A stretch of 64,000 nucleotides of DNA from Penicillus capitatus (taxonomy: Eukaryota; Plantae; Chlorophyta). Under the pieces are notes generated by a model that saw only the letters and a list, made by a program, of their open reading frames with translations, did no database searches and was not told where the DNA came from. A program made the position numbers and the translations under genes. The stretch lies in the NCBI GenBank assembly GCA_965649825.1, contig OZ287702.1:1230786-1294785 (forward strand), given 5' to 3'. Positions 49,717-61,316 of the stretch are shown here, piece after piece; the stretch's first letter is position 1; every line of letters starts with the position of its first letter.

Positions 49717-52021
49717 TCAGTACTTACAGTGCCCCCCAACTTGCCGATTCTGCTGAAGAGCATCCAGTTTCTTTCTCAGTGAAGCACGCAACGCATCTCT
49801 TCCGTGTTTATTTCGTGGCCCCTCGTCTCTGCTGCACTGTTTTTTCGAAGAACGTTGCCGAGGGGCGGCCGATGGTAGGCAAGAAGATGGTCTCTTTTCT
49901 CCGGTTGTTGGCCCAGGAGTGACATCTGGAGGTAACGGCTTAGGGTCCGGTGATGCTTTCCCTTCTCTTTTCTTTGCTTTTTTCTCTAACTTGTAAAGTT
50001 TGTAATCCTCCTGCAGCTCTTCCAAATCCCTTCTGTCAGGATTTCGACATTTCTTCAGTTTCTTAACAGATTCTTGAACAATCGCCATCCGCTTTTGGCC
50101 TCTCTTCTTGCTGCCTTTCCTTTCTTCAATCTTCACTTGTGCGCTTCTCGGCATTTGTGCCAGTTTCTGCTGCCTCTCTGCCTCGCGTGCCTTGTCCACG
50201 AATGGAATGCTCTGTGGATGGACAGTCGATGAAACAAAGTCCACGGCATTCTTGACTCTATCACGCCACAGTCACGTCAGCGTGGTCCTAATGAATGGAC
50301 ATAGGAAATGAACGAACTTGATTTCTTTCATTCCTGGCAAATAGAGCAATCCAAACGTATAGGCCAGCTTGCCCAGATCCAGTTCCTTGAGATGGAAAAT
50401 GTACGGGCAGTGATGATTGCTGTACGCGCGAACGTATGAGGTGAAGGCAGTAATGCCCTTCAGCATCGCTTCTCTCTCCGTTTCGGAAAGCCTTCGAAGC
50501 CATGACATCTGATCTTCCCCTTCCCTGCCTCCCTCCTTTCGTTTGATCGGAACCTGGATGCTTCGCGTCATGCCACGATGACCCTTGGGTCATTTGTTTT
50601 ACCTTTCTGAGCTGTAAAAACTTGATGTAGCTCTCTTCGTTAGGAGCCAAGTAGATGGTCGCCTTTCCTCTTCTCCCCATTCGGGCTGTACGACCAACGC
50701 GATGCACAAAGGCATTGGGATCTTGCGGAGCGTCAAGCTGCACAACCCTTTGCACTTCTGGAATGTCCAATCCTCTCGCCGCCAGGTCCGTTGCGAGCAA
50801 CACACCTCCATCACTGTCACTGTAGGAATGATATCGGTCATTGCTGGCGTCTACCTGCAATGTTCGATGTAAAGGCTTGAATAGCCTTCTCTCTTCCCGA
50901 CTGTGGCATCCTTCCATGCACCGCACGGATTTTGTAATCCTTTAGAGCGTCCATCTTGCGCAGTACGTAAAACCAGTAGTCCACACAGGCGCATGTCAGG
51001 CCATAGACAATGATCTTGTCGTGAGGATGATCCAGAAGCAGCTGCACAAACTGATTCCATTTCTGATCCAGCGGTAGGACGATGGCCGAGATAGACAGCG
51101 ACTGTGGTGTCTTCTGAGAAAAATCCGAGACTCTCTCTGCCGTGTCCGTCATCGTCGTGGTCACATTGATGCGCAGCGGATTTCGTAGTCCTGCCTTTAC
51201 CAACATCTCACATGCTTCCTAAGCAAAGGCGGCCAATGAAATCGCCATCCGTGTGTGTCTGCGTCACTGTCTGCGTTGCCGAGAAGAGTCCAGTTCTGCG
51301 TTGCTTCGGCAGGGAATGCACGATTTGAAGGAGCTCTGTCTCAAATCCCAGATCCAGCAAACGATCGGCTTCATCCAACACAAGCACCTGAGCAGGTCTC
51401 TCTAGTGGACGACAGGCAATGCCGAGCAGACCTCCAAAGAAGCAAAGTTGAGCGGCGTGTTCTTCTTCATGATATCGTTCAGTCGTCCAGGCGTGGCGAG
51501 AATAACATTTCCTCCTGTCTCCTCGATCTTCACTAAATCTGTCCCAACATCACTATGCCATACCATAGCACAATCTCGAGTCTTTGTCGTCGGTTACCAT
51601 CCACCCACGAGTCTCATAACCGTAAGTCCCAGCAGTGTGGTGAACAGGTGTTTCGTCACACGAAAGGTCTGCGTTGCCAGCTCCCTTGTCGGTGAGATGA
51701 CGATAAATGCCACCTAGACAAATGCCACAAAGTTGTTAGGAAGAGGGCAAAGGCCAGAGTGCAATGGACATCATGTTTGGCAAATTTCTTCCCACAGTTT
51801 CGGAGTTTTTCGAGGATGGGTAGAAGAAAGGCCAACGTCTTTCCCGATCCCGTACAAGCATCGACCACGACATCTTTGTTCCCACAGAACAGCGGCAACA
51901 CTGCCGCCTGAACTGGTGTCGCGTATTCGAATCCCTCATCTCTCAGAAACGCCACCGTCTCCGCCGCCAGTTCAGAAAACGAGGCAAAAGCGCGATCCGT
52001 CAATGGACGCGACGTCGCCAT
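49717..52021 (-). CDS. DDX55: DEAD-box RNA helicase DDX55/Spb4/RH18, 60S biogenesis (multi-exon)
   Basis: Q motif TPVQAA, Walker [60 protein letters not shown], and the family C-terminal [27 protein letters not shown]. Confidence 0.93.
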
Positions 52022-52094
52022 CGAGAAACAGAAGAGAAGCGACGAGCCTCAAGTGACGCACGAGATTCTCCTTGTCACTTCTGCGAGATGTTCA

Positions 52095-54857
52095 ATGTAT
52101 CTCTGCCGACTGAGATGGCTCAGGAATGGCTCGTGGTCTCAGCTGTTGGCAAGACAAGGATCCGCGCTTCGATACGGACGTCCTTCTTCCTCGGGCGGGA
52201 CCGTTCTCGATACCGCGACGGAGAGTAAAGACCCATTCCGAGACGACGCCCAGCACTTCTCTTTTAACGCCGTCGACTCAGAGAGTGAGCTTCGTGACGT
52301 TCTGACGCATCTTGAGGAGAGAATGACGGGGAAACGAGTGGCGGCTGCCTTTCGAAGGCTCGTGCAATTTGGGAGTGTCCCTCAGAAAGAGACACTGTCC
52401 TTCATGACAGAGTTGGCGCTGAAGCATGCGCCATCGATGGCTGCAGCCGATGTCGTTTCCCTTCTGCAGAGCTGCTGTCAATTGCCTTCACATCTGTCCT
52501 CCGTCAGCGAAGCCATGATGCTGCGGATCATCGATCGGGAATGTGTGCTACAGTTGAATGGCGTTCTAATCGCCAGATGTCTCGCATCTCTGGCCGATCT
52601 CCAGCGTTCCATCCAACAGCCGCCGTCTCCCACCTCCAATCCATCCGATGAGACGGCTTCCTTTAAAGTGCTGCAGGAATTCAGTCGACTGTTCGTGGCC
52701 CCGGGATTTGCGGCAAATCTTTTGACGTCACATCTGGTCCAGATCGCTTCCGGATTTGGGATGTTGCGATTTCAGAATCCGGCGGTTCAACACATGATCT
52801 GCGACGAAGTGTCGAATACATCCAGACTGCAGTCCATGAGATATGAAGAACTGGTGTCCGTATGGCGAGCACTGGCCTCTCTGCAGGTGGTAACGCATCG
52901 ACGAGCCTTGACGATAGTGGGCGATGAGATTGTTCGACCCGAACGGCTTCAAGGTTTCAAAGCAACAGAACTCGTCTCTCTGCTGACAGCTTCTAAGCAG
53001 CTTCTTCCTTTTCGTCAGTGGCCGTTTCTGCTGAAATTGATTGCTGAGATGTCAAAGCCCGAGCGCCTGTCGATCTACACCGAAGCGCACATCGTCCATA
53101 TCATTCACGCACTGAGTGGACTTCGGGTTCAGAGCCAAGCACTGCAGGTTTTCTTGGAAGAGGCAACAGATGACTGTCGATTGCCACTCTTCACACAACA
53201 AGGGATGCTCTCTATGCTCTCCGCATTAAAGTCCTTGGGGTATGCAAATCATCCATGTGTCAGAATCTTAATGGGGAAGGCACAAGATCTCGTCCGCGTT
53301 GAACAGGATCGTCTGTCCGAACGCGAACTGCTCACCTTTATTTTTGGAAAACGCAGCTCTGAGGCGGAGGAAGCACTTTGTGACAGATTGCTCGAGCAAT
53401 TGACGAGACCAGAGAAACTGCAGACACTGTCAGATGAAGCACTGGCGGGGATTCTCCCCGGAATGTGCCAACGGGGAATCACAGACGAGGCACAACTGAA
53501 TCGCTGTACAGAGGAGATCGTCCGGCGGCTGCAGACAGCTACACCTGAGATGCTGAGCTTCTATGCCTACGGATTTCGTGTGAACAGAATCCATGCCGAC
53601 TGTTTTCTTGTTCCCTTAGCAGCAGAGGTGGTAAAAGAAGAGAGACTATCGAATTTCCACTCCCATCAGCTGGCAGGGATCTTCTACTCTTTGGCCCGTT
53701 TGGGTTGGAAAGATGCATCGACATTTCAATGTCTGTTACGTACCATGACGCATCCACGGAACTTGGATCAGTGTTCAGAGCAAGGATTGGTCAACGTCAT
53801 CACTGGCATACAACTGAGCCGGATGTCTATGAGTACGGCTGTGGAGAAGCTTCTGACCGAAGCAACCCAATCCCACAGAATGCTGCACGCTTCGGAACGA
53901 TCCCTGATTTCGCTCATCACAAGCTTCAAGAGGATGCGTTTAAGATCGCAGCAATGGACACGACCCGTGTTCGAAGAGATCACAAAAATTGGAAGACTTG
54001 CGCGATTGACAAACGAAGAACTCACCGAACTGCTCTTTGTGCTTCCGGGACTGAAACAGAAAACGGCGCAAGGAATGAATCGCCTTAAGACGGAAGTGCT
54101 GAAACCTCATCGGCTGGACAAAATGGATCCCGAGCAGCTGAGCCGCCTGGTCTACGGCCTCGGTGGTCTGCGGATGAGCGAAGAAGATGTATGGCAATCC
54201 ATTCAAGCGTGTCTGTCCAGCATCGATGTGACACATCTGACGAACAACGCCCTTGCACATTTCGTTTACGGACTGGGTGACGCAGCCAGCCACGATAAAG
54301 ACCTTTGTGCAACGATGCTGAAAGAAGCAACCGATGAAGGACGCATGATGGACTACAGTCCTGCTGAGTTGACAGATATCGTTGTTGGAATGGAAAGACT
54401 TCACGAGGCAGATCCGCCATCGGCTGTTCGTCTAACAGAAGCACTTGGCAATGTCCAACGACTAGCCGATCTAACAGATCAGCAACTCACTCTCATTTTC
54501 GTTTCTGTTGCACAGATCGTTCAGTCTGGAAATGCTCCTTCCTTTCCGGACGCTCTGCTGAGCGTCGTCACGGATCCTGATCGGATATCACGTTTTCAGC
54601 CTTATCAACTGGCCCATCTCTGTACCGTCCTGGAGCACAGAATGTTTCAACAAGCGCCGTTGCTGTCTCTTGGGGTCGCGTTGTCTGAAGAAATGCAGAA
54701 GTCCCATCGACTGACCTCCATGTCGCCGGGCGAACTGACAAAGCTCTCCGTGACCTTTGCAGAGGCAGGATTCAAGAACAATCCAGTCGTCACATGTATC
54801 TCTCAAGAACTCATGGATCGCTTTCTGAGAGACAGAGAACCGAAGAAAGAGCGGTGA
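52095..54857 (+). CDS. Organelle-targeted helical-repeat protein, octotricopeptide (OPR)-like, intronless
   Basis: Arg-rich, acid-poor N-terminus MYLCRLRWLRNG. About 18 tandem 38-41 aa repeats with consensus P.RL..f...eL..l...l..L (e.g. KEERLSNFHSHQLAGIFYSLARLGWKD, KPHRLDKMDPEQLSRLVYGLGGL). The ORF-track start at 52053 is GTG, and the first ATG is 52095. Confidence 0.8.
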   Translation: MYLCRLRWLRNGSWSQLLARQGSALRYGRPSSSGGTVLDTATESKDPFRDDAQHFSFNAVDSESELRDVLTHLEERMTGKRVAAAFRRLVQFGSVPQKETLSFMTELALKHAPSMAAADVVSLLQSCCQLPSHLSSVSEAMMLRIIDRECVLQLNGVLIARCLASLADLQRSIQQPPSPTSNPSDETASFKVLQEFSRLFVAPGFAANLLTSHLVQIASGFGMLRFQNPAVQHMICDEVSNTSRLQSMRYEELVSVWRALASLQVVTHRRALTIVGDEIVRPERLQGFKATELVSLLTASKQLLPFRQWPFLLKLIAEMSKPERLSIYTEAHIVHIIHALSGLRVQSQALQVFLEEATDDCRLPLFTQQGMLSMLSALKSLGYANHPCVRILMGKAQDLVRVEQDRLSERELLTFIFGKRSSEAEEALCDRLLEQLTRPEKLQTLSDEALAGILPGMCQRGITDEAQLNRCTEEIVRRLQTATPEMLSFYAYGFRVNRIHADCFLVPLAAEVVKEERLSNFHSHQLAGIFYSLARLGWKDASTFQCLLRTMTHPRNLDQCSEQGLVNVITGIQLSRMSMSTAVEKLLTEATQSHRMLHASERSLISLITSFKRMRLRSQQWTRPVFEEITKIGRLARLTNEELTELLFVLPGLKQKTAQGMNRLKTEVLKPHRLDKMDPEQLSRLVYGLGGLRMSEEDVWQSIQACLSSIDVTHLTNNALAHFVYGLGDAASHDKDLCATMLKEATDEGRMMDYSPAELTDIVVGMERLHEADPPSAVRLTEALGNVQRLADLTDQQLTLIFVSVAQIVQSGNAPSFPDALLSVVTDPDRISRFQPYQLAHLCTVLEHRMFQQAPLLSLGVALSEEMQKSHRLTSMSPGELTKLSVTFAEAGFKNNPVVTCISQELMDRFLRDREPKKER

Positions 54858-54882
54858 AACTTAAAAAATGTATCTGAGCCCC

Positions 54883-56210
54883 TCACAACCCAAAATGTGG
54901 AAGAATGCTGTTTACACAGAGATAGGTCACCGCTCCTGTAAACATGTAGCTGTCGAGCCGATCCAGCAATCCACCATGGCCCGGGATCAGACTGCCAGAA
55001 TCCTAGTGCATCCACGTCGTTTTCTGCAGGTCGTGTCATACAGCAGCAATGCCTACCTTCATGCCAGCTTCTCGCTTCAGAATGGACTCGATCAAATCCC
55101 CGAAAAGACTGGAAACAAAGACCAACGACTGCAGCCACAGCCAATCGGTGCGGGAGGTAGGGAGCGTGTAGACACTTACGCCGACAATACACGCAAAGAG
55201 GGGCGATCCAGGCCATCCGGCGACTTTCCATCCAGCAAAGGCAACAAAGACACTGGAAAAGAGTCCTCCCAGTGCCCCCTCGACCGTTTTCTTAGGACTA
55301 ATGCGTGTCAGCTGCGTCCGACCCAGAGATTTCCCGACAAAGTAGGCACCGGTGTCCGCAAAGCCAACACAGGTCGCAGCGATGAACGTCGCTACCAAAC
55401 CCACGGTCCAGTGGCTCAGTCCACCCAACAACACCTCGATCACTCGCACTCTTTTGCCTTGCAAGAAAACGAAAGGCACTCACTGGCCAGTTCGTGGCGA
55501 AAACGGAATGTACTGCGGGCGCCGTCATCATTCGCAGTTTTACCCAAAAAGAAGGCAAGAAACCTGCGAAACATTCATCCCCATAAGGATCGTCTTTCCA
55601 TCTCACCGCAGTAGAAGAGTCCGAACACCGCTGCTGTGAGCTGTGAGAATTTTGGTTTCTTCACAAAGAGCACTTCCATGCAGAGCAAGATGAATACAGC
55701 GACGGACAGCAGGAGGGCCGTCTTCCCGCCCCGTGGGTAGAAGTACGTCATCAACGGGAACAGCAGACAGAACACCGTCATGAGTTCCCTGATCGAATTC
55801 GGCGGGGCGAATGTCCTGCGTTCGTTTCGCATGGAGATAACGAGTCCGTTGAACTCTCGCGACACCTGGTAAGCACAGGCGGCGACGATACAGGAGAAGA
55901 GCAGTCCGCCAGAAAGCACGACCACAATGCCGGATAACCCAAGGAGCAGTCCGAACGTCGCCCTCTTGAGGAGTTTCGCCGAGCTGGATGGCTGAACAAG
56001 AGGAGGTGCGTTTAGAGCTTCTGTCGCCAGAGATGCCTCCTTCGTCGCGTCGAGCTCAACGTCAGACTCCGAAGCGTCGTTTCGGAGGCATCGATGGAGA
56101 CGACGTCTGAGAGGAGATGGCCGTCGGGGAAAGGCGATAGAGCGCGAGGGTAGGGGACGACAGAGAGGCGCTGTGCGACAGTGGCTCTCACCCGCGATCC
56201 AGAGCCGCAT
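54883..56210 (-). CDS. cdsA: Plastid-type phosphatidate cytidylyltransferase (CDP-DAG synthase, CDS4/5-like; multi-exon)
   Basis: Transit-peptide-like N-terminus, multiple TM segments, [43 protein letters not shown] and [19 protein letters not shown]. Confidence 0.95.
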
Positions 56211-56223
56211 TGTCGATGAGGTA

Positions 56224-57725
56224 ATGAAGGTCGTCCGTCATCCGATGCGTTTGGCCGTCGGACGGGCGATTCGACTTCGAGTCCATGCACAGAGAGCACA
56301 ACATGTCGAAGTCCGCCATCGCATAGACACGGCCTGTCTGGCAGTGCGACGAGCATCGCGACTCTGTCGAGTGCGGGCGGTCATGTCCGTGACGACTGTC
56401 GAGCGAAGGGGGGTGTAGGAAGTACAGTCGAATCTGCAATCGACGGAGGAGATGGGGAAGGAGGACGATTCTCCAGTGACGGTGGCGGACTTTGGGGCGC
56501 AGGCGATCGTGGCCTACACCCTGCAAGAGAGTCTTCCGGCCGGGACATCGCTGTCGCTCGTGGCCGAGGAGAATGCCGAATCGATAAGGTCGGGTCTGTA
56601 TGGCGGACACAAAACGATGGGACAGCTTGGACAGTGGGGAGAGGCATCGGGAGATGCGAAGACGGATCACGGAACTGGTGAATCGCTTTGTACCCGACAC
56701 GGCGCCCGCACTATCGGAGCGCGACGTTCTCGATCTCATCGGTTGGTGTCTGTCTCTGTCCGTGCGCCAGAAAAGAGTGATATGTGTGAGATCTTGGACT
56801 GTCGGAAGGGGGTTCGTCCGGAGAACACTGGGTACTCGATCCGATCGACGGGACGATTGGATTCGTCTCCAATCGACAGTACGCCGTCTGTCTGGGCCTG
56901 CTGTCTGAAGGAAAGGTCTCTACCGTCACATCATGTGACTATTAAAAACGACTAAGAGAGTGCGACAGGCGACGATGGGCGTGCTCGGATGTCCAAACAT
57001 GCCACAGAGAAGAATCGAATCGATAGATGGACAACCTGGTTTGCTTTCCTTCGTGCCGAAGATACCGTACGGAAACGGTCATGTAGTTGCTTCGGAGGAC
57101 CTTCAGTCGCACGGAGACGATGTGGGCTGCCTCTTTGCTGGAAGCAAAGGAGAGAAGGCCTACGTTGGTTCCCTCTGGTCCGACGATTTGCCACAGAACC
57201 CTATTCAAGTCGACACCGAAACGCCGTTGTCCCAGATGCGTTTCATGGAATCGTTCGAATCTCGCCACTCGAATCACAAACTTGCAAGAAAACTGGTCGT
57301 GTCACACATCGATCGGTCACTCTTTTTCATGTATGGGTGTAGGCCAAGGATCTCGGCATCCAACAAATTCCGCTGCGTTTGGACAGTCAATCGAAATACG
57401 GTCGGACCCTAGACGTTGCGCATCTCGTGCATCTTCTTTATGTTTGTTAGGCGCATTGAGCCGTGGTGATGCCGGATTGTTCATGCGATTTCCACCTTCC
57501 TATTACAGAGAGAAGATCTGGGATCACTGTGCAGGGGCAGTTATTGTCGAAGCTGCTGGTGGATGTATCAGCGATGCTATTGGCAATCCACTGGACTTCT
57601 CCCAAGGAAGATTTCTGGACGTTCAGGGCGGCATTGTCGCCGCGACTCCTGCACTCCATTCCCGTCTGACGCTTCTGATGAAGAATCGTTTCATGAATGG
57701 CGGCGGTATTGAGAATGAACAGTAG
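56224..57725 (+). CDS. SAL1: 3'(2'),5'-bisphosphate nucleotidase, SAL1/HAL2 family (multi-exon)
   Basis: AVRRASRLCR|EVQ, KEDDSPVTVADFGAQA, LVAEENAESIR, HWVLDPIDGT region, ESFESRHS and YREKIWDHCAGAVIVEAAGGCISDAIGNPLDFSQG. The start is ATG 56224 or 56245. Confidence 0.93.
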
Positions 57726-57729
57726 ATTT

Positions 57730-58872
57730 TTATGTCCGTCGGGACGGACTGGATGATAGTACATGCTTCATCGTTTCGTACGTTCCCCAACAAATGGCGG
57801 CGGACGGCACATGAAAGAGCACTCTGGGCTTCAATCCTCTCCAGATCACGTGTTTCCCTTCTTCTCGAACGATCTGTCTCAGAACGGAGATGGCGCCCGA
57901 TGACCGATAGACGGTGTTGCTCACGACGCCCTCCGTCTGGAGGCGCGTTTTCACGACGTCCAACGGCGTGCTCACAGCGGCAGCCATCGCTCCTGCAATG
58001 CCACCGGCTGTTAGCTGAATCGACAGAGAATCTTCTTCCTCGGCGCCCAACAAAATCTTGGTGGATTCATAGACAGCAACTTGCACAGACATGAAAGGAA
58101 TGTTCATCATGAGAGTCGTTCGATAAGAGCGATAGAACGCGTGAGGACCCTCGTCCCTCAGCGTTCGAGTCAAACAATCCCAGACACCTCTGTAAGGACT
58201 ATTGACTATCTAGAGCGCTTTTTGGTCGGGGACGTGTTCGATCGAGCGATAGGCCACGCACTTGGAGGCGTTGTTTGATGACGTCTGCCGGTGTCATGCA
58301 ACCGTCGTGCACGATGACGGCCGTCGCTCCAGCAAAGGCTGTCGGCAATGGGCGATGTCCATTGTTGTTGCCCCCGTACAATTCCTTCGCCGATTCATAC
58401 GTTGCAAAATGCAGAGCATGGGACGGACTGTCGCACAACCACATCCCGCTCATCAAGCGAGCATGTGCGGAAAGACGATGGAATGGTCTTACCCAGCTCC
58501 ACAGATCATGGCTGCAAATCCTCGATAGAGACTCTTCCAACCACCGTGCAGAACGGCACGCTTCAATGCCTGATGAATTGCCGCGCGGTGCAGCTGCCAG
58601 ATCACTTCTCAGAGAAAGATTCGTGGCGTGATTCATGACGTACACGTTGTCCAGGATGGGCGAGGGCTTGGGCACGCGTGCGGATGGTGTCCAGGGGATA
58701 CATGACGCAGTGCTCTGCGATGCCAGCCATGGCCCCAGCGAGACAGTACTGCGAGGACCGACAGAATCAGGGCGAGCGCCGAAACGACGCAGCGTTTTAC
58801 TGAGAAGTAATCGAGTCCATCGTACGTCCGGATGCGCAGGACGGGAGATACGCGTTCGGCTTCAGTGGCCAT
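57730..58872 (-). CDS. Mitochondrial carrier, mitoferrin (MRS3/4)-like iron transporter (multi-exon)
   Basis: YDGLDYFS|YCLAGAMAGIAEHCVMYPLDTIRTRAQ, SHALHFATYE, HDGCMTPADVIKQRLQ, FYRSYRTTLMMNIPF and STPLDVVKTRLQT, giving three carrier signature repeats. Confidence 0.92.
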
Positions 58873-58929
58873 TGCCGAACGTAAGAAGCTAAGATGACGG
58901 TGATAACGAAATGACACGCGGTCATCGAG

Positions 58930-60990
58930 ATGACGGCAAGAGTCAATGCCTTGTGGCGGGAACTGCAGAAGAGTGCCTCTCCGAGACGCGCTCTGCAACA
59001 AAACCAGCAAAACACTGCGCCCACCAACAAGAAGGCGGATGCGCGGAAAGAGAGCGTCCAAAAAGAAACGGCGGTGGTCGATGCCGCGGGAGAAGATTTC
59101 GTCCTCAGCAAGCCGAATCTTGAGCGAATGATGCAGCGCCTGGGCGAGAAGAAGCCAGATGTGCAAAAACGGGGACTGAGATGTCTGAAGGCATACATAC
59201 AGCACCCTCTCTTGGTTGACCATACAGATCGTGATCGCCGTCTGCAGGCATGGATGGAAGACGTGGCCTTTGGAGAGGTCATGTGCGGTGAACCCGTTCT
59301 CTTGGAAAGACTTGTGAGGCGTCTTATCGTGATCATCGGTGACGGATCCGAGCCATGCAAAATCTCTTCGGCTGAGGCGTTGCAGCATCTTTTTGCAGTA
59401 AGGCATTTTCTCTCTGTGTTGATCTATAGTGGCAATTTTTATGAGTTTTGCGCTGACGGAAATGCGAAAGGCGTGTTGGATACCGTTGTTCCAGTTCTCT
59501 ATGAAAGAATGGCGCTTCGTCCTAAGACAATGGCACCTTCTCTTCGAATGTGGACTCGGCTTACTGTGTTCTCCGCAGGAAAGAGTGGAGCGTTCAGAAG
59601 ACGTGCGTTTGTTAACCGTAGCGCTGATCCGCACTCTTATCCAGTCTTTTTCGACCGATATGGTGGAACATATGGATGCTGTTTTCGCTGTCCTTTCTAC
59701 AGGATGTTCAGACATGTATCCCCGGATAAACATCTCTTGCTGTCAGGGCATACAAACCCTTTGCGGTGAGGACTTCCCTAACAGCAATACTACTGACATG
59801 AACCCCTCTCTTTAAGACAGATATCTATGGTAAGCGGCTTTTTCGAATCTCGAAAGACTTACTGGCGGCAGTTGCTCCTTTGGCCCAACGACGACAACAG
59901 CGAGTTCGAGTCGCTGCGATTCGAGCTATCGGGTCGCTTGTGGAATGCGGAGCGCATGAGATGATTCTGGAACTGGTGGCCTTTCATCACCCAAACATCA
60001 TCCCGATCAAGGTGGCTCCCTCTGGCGCACCATCGATACCTCCAATTGGGAAGACAGGAATTCTACGAGCACACGGTCAAGGTGAATTTCTTCGGGTCTC
60101 TTTCACAGGATACATCAGCGATGGTAATTTCGCACGGCTCGCATCTCAAAGTGAAGTGGGTGTGTGTAGGTGAGAAAAGAGTTTTTGGAGCTGATTGGCA
60201 ATTGGTTGCTGAATCTCCCGGAGCGTTTGGACTACGTCTCCAGACTTTTGCCTTATCTGCTCAACTCCTTGACAGACGATATCCCGGATGTCAAAGAGAG
60301 AGGCCTCGAGATCTTGACAGAGATCGGTGCACAGTATGAAAGGGATCACGAGATCGAAATCTGCGAGAAGATACAATATTTGCCCGAAGAGGCTCAAGGT
60401 ATCGAAAGGGGCACTTCAGAGAACATCTGGAAACGAGGTAAAGACAAGAGCTGCGGCAATCGCGACATCGATGCGGGCTTCTGTCTCCAGTGGGCAATGA
60501 TCCTGCACTGTTGGCTCCCTTTGTGGCTCGACCGAGACTCGGCATCCGACTTACGGTGCAAATACACTTCGGTTCCTTCGTTTCTGCCATCTGCAGCGAT
60601 CTCTGTTCCCACGACGAAGACACAGTCATACATTCCCTCCAACTCCTTCGCGTCTGCCTGCTGCTCGTGGAGGACGACGTCGATCAGCATCTGAAGATCA
60701 TTGTCGACGCACTTGTTAGAACGACGGTGACACATGGGCTGTATGATGCACAGGTCTGTCCGTTGCTCCCTTGCAGGCGTGCCTCCACTCGTCAGACTGT
60801 CTCTCTTTAGGGGTCTGCCAATGGGTTGACATGTTTATTGAAGGATGTGACGTTTCTTCTGTGCTCTTCTGTGCAGAGTGAGCACTTGGCTACATTTTTG
60901 GAGGGACATTTGGTCGATGACGCATCGGATCGTGCAATGGCGGTGGGATTTTTATTTGCACTGCATAGATCTTGCATTCAACTACAGTAG
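58930..60990 (+). CDS. DNAAF5: Dynein axonemal assembly factor 5 (HEATR2), apparently short (multi-exon)
   Basis: HEAT repeats with ERSEDVRLLTV, VRVAAIRAIG and VRKEFLELIGNWLLNLPERLDYVSRLLPYLLNSLTDDIPDVKERGLEILTEIGAQYERDHE. The last exon (stop 60990) is inferred. Confidence 0.82.
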
Positions 60991-61316
60991 TTTGCAAGAA
61001 CTCGTTATTGCTGTGATCTCAGGATACCCAGACAGAAATAGAGATGTTCACAAGAATGTCATTAGTAGCCATTCGATGGTGTGAAGTGTTGACAGATTGA
61101 TTTCTCACAACAGAGAAGTGTGAGATTTCAGTTTATTGAAAAAATAACACTTCAAGAATTGTATCACCAAGAAGTCGTCGACATTACGGCGCGTGTCTGA
61201 TTAGATCTATGCTTTTTGCTTGCTAACTCATACTTAGCGTGCATATGTGCGTAGCGTCTGTGCCATATTGATCGCGGTCGTGAATCGACCACACAGAAAG
61301 GGAAGCGTCCAAGTGG

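Noticed and set aside
54868-55614. 248-aa plus-strand ORF
   Set aside because: Antisense to the well-supported CDP-DAG synthase exons.
58633-59733. 366-aa minus-strand ORF
   Set aside because: Mostly antisense to DNAAF5. Only its last part contains the true first exon of the mitoferrin gene.
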